In this document: piece after piece, positions 24,187 to 32,872 of the stretch
Layout: every line of letters begins with the position of its first letter
Numbering within the stretch: position 1 is the first letter of the stretch
NCBI GenBank assembly: GCA_964035545.1
Contig: CAXIUT010000018.1
Coordinates: 21,224 to 54,095, forward strand
Length of the DNA: 32,872 nucleotides
DNA from: Bugula neritina
Taxonomy: Eukaryota; Animalia; Bryozoa
Direction of reading: 5' to 3'
Notes under the pieces: generated by a model
The model's database searches: none
The model's input: only the letters and a program-made list of their open reading frames with translations
Told to the model about the DNA's origin: nothing
Position numbers and translations under genes: made by a program

Positions 24187-26706
24187 ATGTCTAGAATCAG
24201 AAATGCTAGTCTTTCATAAATAGACAATAAATAGAAAGGTCATAAAGTTCTAGGATAGATTAAAATTCCTAACATTCAAGCTCAAATGACTCAAAAGTGT
24301 CTTCCTCTTAAGGGCAAGTAGGAGTCGATTCGTAGTGGATTAAGTGGTAAGAAAGGAAAGCTGAATAAAGAAAATATTAAAGAAATAGACGATGGAGTAC
24401 TAAAAATGATCAGTAATACTAATATTAATCGACATCTCTAGGAAAAGACAATGATGATTGAACAACAGACTTCAATGATTTAGCAGCAGAAAGGATAAAT
24501 AGCTGTTTTAAGGCAATTTATGAGAGATGTAAAGACTGGTAAGTTGGTAATAGAAGCCTAGGAAGAGATATAGAGGGAAGTATAGATAACTGAGCTAAAG
24601 CAGTTATAAAAGGACTATTCAGATAATTTGAGAGAATTTTAGACTATGAAAGAACATTTGAAAGATATAAAAACTAAATATGGATTAAGTCAAAAAGAAA
24701 AAGATAAAATAAATCATCAATACAATCAAGTGTTAGCCTAAAACTAAGAACTTACTCTTATTATAAATACTCTTAAACAACAAATAAACTCAAGTTAAAG
24801 AACTTCCAATAAATTATCTGAAAACTAAGAATAAATCAAAAGACAATAATAAGAATTAGATAAAAATAAATTATAAATAAAAGATCTTAACATCTCGAAA
24901 GAAGGATTATAAGTTAAGGTCAAAAACTATTAAAAAAAAATTAATTAGTATATTAATAAATATAATTAAATTCAAACAGTTCAAAATCAATGGCAAATAA
25001 AATATTATTAACTATAAAAAGAAAGAGACAATTAATTATTAGATAAAAAAGAATTATAATAAAAAGTGATTAATCTTTAAAAAAAGATAGAAGCAGAAAG
25101 ATAGATTCATAGGAATTAAGTTCAAAGAGTCAGAAATAAGTATAGAAAGATGGAGAGTTAGATGAAAGGATCAGAAGTAAGTCAACTTCAAAAATAGATA
25201 AATTAACTAAAAGATTAAAATAGATTGATAAAAGATAAAAATTAGCAATAAAATTAGAAATGGTAAAGTTATATAGGATAACTACTGAGACAATGTAATG
25301 AACAGAGTTAGGACAGGCTAGCTATAGCAAAAGAACAGTTTGAATAATCTATGTAAGAAGAAAAAGCTAAATTCTAAAATTTAGAATCACAGTTTAGAAG
25401 TCTATCTGAACTGTTCAAAAAATTATCTTAAGATAATAAGAATCGCAAAGAAGGAGAAATAGCTAAGAAAGAATCAAGAATATTTAGTCTGTAGCAGACA
25501 ATCGAGGAGTTGCAGAGAGAGATATAAGAGAAAAGAGGAGAAGAAGATAGAATAATTAATAAAATTGGAATATTATAAGGACAAATCTGTCATGCTAATG
25601 AATACTATAGCAAGGAAAAAAACAATATTTAATTTTAAAGATAGTCTTTGACCAAAATGATATCTTTACAGCAGCTAAAAATAGAAGAGTTAAAATAAAG
25701 TAACCAGAAGATAAGAGTTTAGAATGAAAGAGAAAGAGAAGAAGAGGGACATTAAAAAAGATACTTCAGATAAAAGTATTAAAAAGAATTAGGGTAGTAT
25801 AATTCTCTTTTAAGTGAGTTTAGACAGTTAGAAGGAGACAAAAACGGTTTACTCAAAGTCAATGCTAGTAATGCAGTGGAAATAGGATATTTGAAGGCAG
25901 AAGTGGTGCAACTAAGATCAGAAATATAAAAATTATTGATGGATTCAAGCAATGAGGATAGATATAAAGAACTAGAAGATTAAATCAGTCAAAAGGAAGA
26001 ACAAATAGATCTAAAAGAGAGAGATATATATAATTTAAAGAAGACTTTATCTCAAAATCAATCATAACTATCAGTTAAAAGTTAATCTATTCTTTTTTTG
26101 AATGTCAATCTTCAAAATATAGAGAAATAAAACCAAGAGTTAAGATTTAGAATGAGAGTTGAGCAGTAGTCATTGAAAACAGCTCATCTAGAATACTAAA
26201 GAAGTCTATCTTAATTTTAAAATAATCAAATGGGATTTATAGCTGACATTCAATAGCTTAAATAAAAAAATATCAATTTTAATTAAGAACTCTTTAAAAA
26301 AAGTAAAACCATAGAGGAAAAAGATTCTATAATTTAGGACATTAGAACTGAACTTGAGGAACAAGTTTAAGACATTCGTCATTTGAGAGAGATTATAATA
26401 GATTATGAAGAAAGATATTAATTAATGGTGGAAAAGCATACGATTGAGTCTGCTAACTGGGAATTTCAACGTAGATCTCTTTCTGAAGTGAGAGATATCC
26501 AGGCGAGGGAATTATAGCATAGCAAGATGAGTGCTTTTGTGGAGCTAGATAGTAGTCAGACAGCAGTTGAGATTCTTCGGAAATAAAATCAGGAGTTACA
26601 GCAAATATTTTAACTTTAGATATAAAGGAGAAATAATACTATTAAATAACTTATCAACTAAAAGAAACATCTGTTTTTACAGTTAGTATAAAAAAAGATT
26701 CAATGA
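24187..26706 (+). CDS. Long coiled-coil protein (839 aa)
   Basis: ATG 24187 to TGA 26704-26706 is 840 codons. Strongly E/K/Q/L-rich with heptad-like character when TAR is read as Glu. Confidence 0.8.
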
Positions 26707-26719
26707 TATTTCATTTAAT

Positions 26720-26933
26720 ATTGCTTAATATAGAAGTAATAATTGTTTTGGTATTTGTGACTTTTTTTTTGATTTTTATGTTTGTATTCTAGTATTGAAT
26801 TGAGAACTATAAAGGTAATAATTAATTGCTTAATATAGAAGTAATAATTGTTTTGGTATTTGTGACTTTTTTTTTGATTTTTTATGTTTGTATTCTAGTA
26901 TTGAATTGAGAACTATAAAGGTAATAATTAATT
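26720..26933. repeat. Near-perfect ~105-nt tandem duplication occupying almost the whole intergenic region
   Basis: ATTGCTTAATATAGAAG...AAAGGTAATAATTAATT occurs twice; the copies differ by one T in a homopolymer. It ends directly at ATG 26934. Confidence 0.9.
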
Positions 26934-28785
26934 ATGAGTAAAAATCCTTATGTGATATTGCACTTAGAGGAAGATGCCAGTTACTAGGAAATCAGGGAAA
27001 GGTATAAACACTTCTCAAAGACTTTGCATCCAGATAAACAACCTCTATAAAATTATCAAATCACCAAAAAACTATTTGAGGAAATTGATGAGGCTTATAA
27101 ATCTATTTCAAGTCCTTTGAGGAGGTTTATTTTTAGATAATACGGACTTTCTGCTTTAAAAATCATGGAATAAATTCCAGGAGAGTTTGAAGAATTCTAA
27201 GTTGATGAACTAACTTTTTAGCAGATCATAGTATGATTGGTATTATCTAGAGACTGAAACAGTTGATGATTTTTTTGTTATATGAGAAAGAGGCGAGTTT
27301 AGAGATGGACAAGTCCAAATTTATGACTAAATCTCTTCTAAATATATCCAAAGTAATGCGAAAACAGACCCAAGTAAAGATTTTTTCCAAAAGAAATCTT
27401 AGTTTTCCTGAAATAGAGAAGTAATTATTAAAATATTGAGTTAATCTTTTGATTATTAGATGGTTTTACCATAATTTTATGGATTTTCTAATAGTTTAGG
27501 AGTATCACACAATAGTAATAACTTAAGGACAGATCCTAAATCTTCACTGATGTTATCTTTATCGAGTGTTCGTCGTCTTTATAATAGCTATATGTTATCG
27601 TTGGGAGGTAGTATTGGCTCTGAAGGATCTAATTTTGAGGCTAGTTTTGATAAAATATGTTAAAACAACCTTCATTTTAAGTTTACTCCACTCTGTGTAA
27701 GTAATGGCAAATTGATGAATCCTAAGCTAGCTGTAGATAAGTCTTTTAAAAATTTACAATTTTCTGCAATAACAGATATTTCTAGTTCTAATTTTTAATT
27801 TTCTGAAGGAAATCAAAAGAGATTCAGTAAATCTTTGAAGGTATATATCGAAGGAAGTAACTTGGGATTGATGCCTAAGATAGAATGGCAGATGACATAG
27901 AGGCTACGTATGTTTATTCAGGTAACGATGGGAGTTAACTTCAGTACTCAGGAGCAAAACATTAGTATACATCCATCTTTGACCTATGGCTATAAGCTAC
28001 TTCTGAATTAAGATCTAAAACTTGAATTATCTAGTTCTATTGGCTATCCTAATTATTATCAACTTTCTCTTTTTAGTAGTAAATATAGAGTTTCTATTCC
28101 TTTTGCTACTTCTGAGGCCGATAGTCTTTACTAGATATATAAGATAGGAAGTATGCTGGGAGTATATTTTTGCTATGAAAGTTATCACTATTTTAGACAT
28201 AAAAGTGAGAAAGCTAGATAAAAGTTGATAAGAAAAGAGGAACAACGTCTCAAAGAACAAAAAAGATAGCTTAGTCGTCAAAATAGTTATATTTAACTTT
28301 CAGTAGCTGCCAAAAAAGATAAAGAAATCAAATATAATGGATTAATTATAATTAAAGCTTTTCTAGGTTAAAAAAATAAGCTGGTTGAACTTAGTAGAAA
28401 AGCAGGAAAGAAGGTCAAAAAACCAGGAAGAGGACGAAGGACAGAATAGATGATTTATTAAGTAGAAGAACAGCTGAACAGTTTAAGAGTAGATGTTGAA
28501 GATATAAGATCTGAGGTAAATGATGTGACTTTGTTATTGCAGAATGAGGTGAGTGGAGGTCAGATGATAAATTATAGAAGCTAGGAGTTGATCCGCTACA
28601 ATCCTTGTCTGATCGATACAAATAGACCATTACTATATTTGATATATTTGTAGAGAGGAGAGTTGAAGATGGTTTTGTAGAGATGCGGAGGCAAGTTGTA
28701 CTTGGGTAGTTTCAAGGGGTATTCTTTTTGTTCGGAAGTCAAGAGATCATTGACTAAAGTATCTAATTTCTTTTGGAGTAGATGA
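26934..28785 (+). CDS. DnaJ/Hsp40 protein, DNAJC11-like (603 aa); join(26934..27230,27251..27420,27441..28785)
   Basis: J domain NPYVILHLEEDASYEEIRERYKHFSKTLHPDK...FEEIDEAYKSIS. C-terminal NGLIIIKAFLG...NDVTLLLQ...YNPC resembles the DNAJC11 C-terminal domain. 1852-40 nt gives 604 codons. Confidence 0.85.
27231..27250 (+). other. 20-nt spliceosomal intron
   Basis: GTATGATTGGTATTATCTAG. The unspliced frame hits TGA immediately; removal restores the ORF. Confidence 0.85.
27421..27440 (+). other. 20-nt spliceosomal intron (GAG acceptor)
   Basis: GTAATTATTAAAATATTGAG. The unspliced frame hits TGA; removal opens ~448 further codons. Confidence 0.8.
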
Positions 28786-28986
28786 TCTAAAATAAAATAG
28801 TAACAATTTAATCCTACCCTTTATACATCTAAAACTTATAAAATATTCATATTCTGAATTTAGAGTATGTCTTAAAAAGATAGTTTATTTAATAAAATAT
28901 TGATTTATTTAGTTTATCTGTTCTCTAAATGATTTATAATTATAGCGATGAGGTTGTTATTAATTTGATAGTTATAGATAGTCAAG

Positions 28987-31563
28987 ATGGGGAGTAGTCT
29001 ATAGGGTGAATCGCATCCTCTTGCTAAAAACTGGATCTCTGTCTCCTCTACTACCTTTAAAAACAAAATAACTGAATAACTTATTGATAGCTAGCAACTT
29101 CAACTCACCACCCAAGATGATATAATAACGAATACTAACCTCCTCATCAAAAGAGCTGCTCTTTCCCATCCTAATGTCCTTAAACTTATCTATTACTCCA
29201 ACCAATCGAGCTCTTCACTCTGTTCAAACAACAAATCTAGTTTTAAAATCTATCTGGAACACACACTCTCTACTCTTGCAGATTTACAACTCAAAGGAAA
29301 AAATATATAAGTAGGACAAGATTGTGGATGCTGTTCTTTAGCAAGTGGAGTAGGTTATTTGGCTGAAAGATATGGGTTTTTTGGAATAAATGAAAAAAAT
29401 ATATGGTTGGTAGGCTAGGAGGGACATCCTCGCAGACAACAACTAAAGGTCTGGATCAACTCTGATCTCAAAAACAGCTGTGCTTAATCTGAAACAAAAG
29501 AACAAATCATGTGTAACCAGTTGATTAAAATTCTTAAAGGATTTTCTTGCAAAAAAAATCATTCTTTACAAATAAAAGCTTATCATTTGAATAGTTTAGT
29601 TTAATAAATATACTCCATTCATGATAAAATTTCTTCCTAGCAATCTGCAAAGAAGAGAGTGGCTTCTCACAAACAAACTATTCAGCATAGTCCTCTTTTA
29701 AGTTAAAACTTCTTTATGGGAAGTAACAGTCCTCAATTTCAAAGAAAATATCCGAATCAGACCAATTTAACTCACAAAAATGACACTCTGAACTTTTCTA
29801 GTCAGGAAAAAAGGGACTATTTTAGGAATTAGATACCTTTGACGAGAAGTCCTATCAATGGGGAGAGGGAGTCAGTATTTTAAAAGGTGAAATAGTTTAA
29901 GACAAATGTGAATAGTCAGGTTAGTCTTGACCCTAAATAGATGAAAAGAATAAATTTTAGTTATTCTGATAGTCTAGAAACTCCAAAGATGAACAAAAAA
30001 ATTAATTAAGAGAGGACTAACAGTCAAATTGAAACAAACCTATGTTAGTAATTACCTCATTTTAGATTATCAAGCAATTCTATACACCACTCTTCTTCTC
30101 TCTATCAATCTCCTTCGACTAAATCAAAAGGAGAATAAACAAAAGGACCTTTTCAACCTGATGATCTTATATTCAAACAATAAACTATCAAAATTGAAGA
30201 AGATAAACCTAGAAATAATAAATAGTCTATTAGGTAGGTATAGAATCAACAAAAATTAGGCAACTAGTCAGAAGGCATTAAAGGGAATGATAGAAGTAGT
30301 TACTAAGGGAATGATAGAAGTAGTTACTAAGGGAATGATAGAAGTAGTTACTAAGGGAATGATAGAAGTAGTTACTAAGGGAATGATAGAAGTAGTTACT
30401 AAGGGAATGATAGAAGTAGTTACTAAGGGAATGATAGAAGTAGTTACTAAGGGAACGATAGAAGTAGTTTTAAAGGGAATGATAGAAGTAGCTTTAAAGG
30501 GAATAATGTTCCAATAAAGAAGATGTGTCTTCAGTTGCAAAAGAGTATTGATGTCAGTTATAATAATACATCAAGATAGGATGTGAGAAGTCATAGTCGA
30601 GGTAAAAGCAATCATTCGTTTGAGATAATTAGTTAATATAGAATATCAATTTAACCTGCTGTTGTTTTTTTAAACAATATAGACCTTTAAAACTCTCAAG
30701 AGTTTTATTAACCTGAAAGGGTGTAGGTTGGGACTGAAAGATAAAGTTATAACTCAAAAACATAGAAATAAAAGATAAATAGTTTTAATTATAAAAAAAT
30801 AAAATAGAAAGTTTTAGATTGCAGTTAGAAGATATAGTTATAGAGATAGAATCATAAAATTGTAAAGAATAATGTTGAAATAAAAAAATAACAAGTATCG
30901 AACCGAGTTGGATCGAACTAAACTTCTCTAAAAAGGTTTGCAGAGGTGAATTTATCTGAATCATAAATGAATATATCAAATCATTTCTCTTTTGATAATC
31001 CTCAAAAAAGTGAAGAAAAACTACAAAATTATCAACAACCAACAAAAGAACAATTCAAAACACTTATTGGATACCACTAAAGTTAGCAACCACTTTAGTA
31101 TCTTTTAAACTTAAAAAATAAACAAAAAAATCAATATAGTAAGTAAAGAGAAGATTAAAAGAAGTATAAAAAAGATAAATAAAAGTTTAGACAAGAAAAA
31201 TAAAAGTTTAGACAAGAGAAGTAAATGTTGAAGTAGAAGAAGAAATATTAAAAGTATTTATAAGAGAAAGAGTAGAGCGAAAGTTCTTCTGAAGAAGATA
31301 GGAAAAAGGCAGAACTGCTTAATAAGATAAGTAATACTGAGCAGGTGCTTCGGTAGAACAGAAAGAAGTTGTAGCGGTTGCAGTTGGAGAAAGATTTATA
31401 GATATAGAAGGGACGGATAAAGGAGTAGATGTAGAAGGTAGTGGTAAATAGTGTGAATGATGAGTCCCATCGAATAAAGTAGAAAGTAAAACACAAAAAA
31501 GCTACTTTCGCAGCTCTAAAAGAAGAGGCTTCAAAAATTTTAGAAGATCTCAACTTTGATTGA
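28987..31563 (+). CDS. Hypothetical protein (858 aa): possible N-myristoylation, degenerate kinase-like N-terminus, 8-aa repeats, C-terminal coiled coil
   Basis: 859-codon frame. MGSS start. LSHPNVLKLIYYS...FKIYLEH resembles kinase subdomains IV-V, but no HRD or DFG is seen. DRSSYEGN repeats. Confidence 0.7.
30282..30504. repeat. 24-nt tandem repeat x~9 (coding, GNDRSSYE)
   Basis: AGGGAATGATAGAAGTAGTTACTA repeated; the last copies are degenerate. Confidence 0.95.
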
Positions 31564-31632
31564 TATTTATTCCCTACCCTATCGATATTTATTCCCTACC
31601 CTATCGATATTTATTCCCTACCCTATCGATAT
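31562..31632. repeat. 22-nt tandem repeat x3 starting within the TGA stop codon
   Basis: GATATTTATTCCCTACCCTATC x3. Confidence 0.95.
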
Positions 31633-31676
31633 TGTATTACCATTCATCAGCATTAATTTTAGATATTAATAAAATT

Positions 31677-32642
31677 ATGAAAATTCTCCTTGTTTTGATC
31701 TTTTTTATCGCGGGAGGTTCTTGTTTCAGCATTGAATAAGCCAACAGTGAATCTAACAAAAAAGGTAATTACTTGTCTTTATTTTATTGTGGCTTTGGAG
31801 ATGACTACTGCGGACAGTCTATTGAAGATGATGTTAATATTGGAGCTTCTCACGTCATGCTATCTTTTGTTAACACTCAACAAGATGGTAGTGTTAAGAT
31901 GGATGAGTAAAAGTTTCCTCACAAGCCTTTTAACATATGGAAAGGAGTTGGAAAGAAGGTGTTGATATCTGTGGGAGGTCAGAATGGACATTGGGGGACT
32001 GTTTTTGCTAGTACTCAATCTACAGATAATTTCATAAACTCTTTGGTTGATATTGTGAAAAGGTTTAAGCTGGATGGAGTCGATTTAGATTTATAAAGTT
32101 TTAACACTCCTCCCAGAGTAGTTGCCAACGCCATCATAAAGTTGAAAACAGCTTTGAATGTGTTAGGTAAGAAGATATTGACAGTTTCTCCTGAAAGTGT
32201 GACAGTATATCAACCAATGGGAGTTCCTGATCCTGATACAGGTGCTGGCTATTATAACTACTTTGTTCCCATCATCAATATTGCTGATGCTTATATTGAT
32301 TACTATCAGGTACAATGCTATAATGACTGGTATTAATTTCCAGGAGATTCAGTTGAATATTTGATGGATATATATCTTAACTGGAGAAACTATCAAGGAA
32401 TGACTCCTTGGGGCTCAAAGCCATTACCCAATTTCGATGGAGTGAAGGGAGAGAAACTGGTTATAGGGCTCTTAGCTTCTACTTCTGCTGGAGGTGCTTC
32501 TTACTATAAAACTCCAGAGGTTATAATGAGATTCAAGGCCTGGTTATTAGAGAAAGGATATAAAGTTGGAGGTTACATGATCTGGGATAGTCATTGGGAT
32601 ACTCTCAACAACAAACTCATTTCTGATGCCTGTTTGAAGTGA
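31677..32642 (+). CDS. Secreted GH18 chitinase-family glycoside hydrolase (321 aa)
   Basis: Signal peptide MKILLVLIFFIAGGSC. KKVLISVGGQ (SxGG) and FKLDGVDLDL[TAA]S (DxxDxDxE). QVQCYN, KLVIGL and GGYMIWDSHWD. 322 intact codons. Confidence 0.92.
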
Positions 32643-32648
32643 TATCAA

Positions 32649-32803
32649 TATATCTGATCGATTACTTACTATATCTGATCTATTAATAGCTATATCTGAT
32701 CGATTAATAGCTATATCTGATCGATTAATAGCTATATCTGATCGATTAATAGCTATATCTGATCGATTAATAGCTATATCTGATCGATTAATAGCTATAT
32801 CTG
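32649..32803. repeat. Subtelomeric 21-nt tandem repeat x7 plus a partial unit
   Basis: TATATCTGATCGATTAATAGC units at 32649, 32670 (both degenerate), 32691, 32712, 32733, 32754 and 32775; partial TATATCTG at 32796. Confidence 0.95.
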
Positions 32804-32872
32804 GGGTTTGGGGTTGGGGTTGGGGTTGGGGTTGGGGTTGGGGTTGGGGTTGGGGTTGGGGTTGGGGTTGGG
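32803..32872 (+). repeat. Telomere (GGGGTT)n, G-strand running to the end of the window
   Basis: About 11 copies of GGGGTT, the first being GGGGTTT. Same unit as the Tetrahymena macronuclear telomere. Confidence 0.97.

Noticed and set aside
32094-32096. TAR=Gln (table 6), or a split code with TAA=Lys and TAG=Glu
   Set aside because: TAA occupies the GH18 catalytic Glu and other typically acidic positions (Rab VDELF), and TAG interchanges with GAG.
855-32642. The supplied standard-code ORFs taken as genes
   Set aside because: They are fragments of real genes cut at TAA/TAG, wrong-frame or antisense shadows, or translations of repeats (e.g. 3689..4000, 6089..6319, 30268..30540).
3034-32803. 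Repeat units being multiples of 21 nt (21, 21, 63, 105)
   Set aside because: Other arrays have 22-, 24-, 26- and 27-nt units, so the sample is too small to distinguish from coincidence.
1-32872. TGA read as Trp or Cys, or context-dependent stops; also rRNA, tRNA or transposase genes
   Set aside because: Intact genes have no internal TGA and all end in TGA. No RNA gene or mobile-element signature was recognisable by eye, though a covariance-model search was not possible.

Overview
This is AT-rich, very gene-dense eukaryotic DNA ending in a (GGGGTT)n telomere, most simply read as the end of a ciliate macronuclear chromosome. The supplied standard-code ORF track is largely misleading. Genes read through TAA and TAG and stop only at TGA, and conserved positions show both TAA and TAG encode Glu, including the catalytic Glu of a GH18 chitinase. 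This matches NCBI table 30 (peritrich nuclear code). About 18 protein genes tile the window: an NAAA/acid ceramidase-like hydrolase, a C2H2 zinc finger, two large surface/membrane proteins, a Rab GTPase, a DNAJC11-like J-protein, a GH18 chitinase and hypothetical proteins. Introns are tiny (20-21 nt) with a rigid GTA-N11-A-N3/4-AG layout. The most striking feature is in the Rab gene: two perfectly canonical 20-nt introns sit back to back with no exon between them, a zero-length exon or recursive-splicing candidate. Several genes left of ~20.1 kb carry +1 homopolymer frameshifts that are probably consensus errors. Coordinates were derived by hand.
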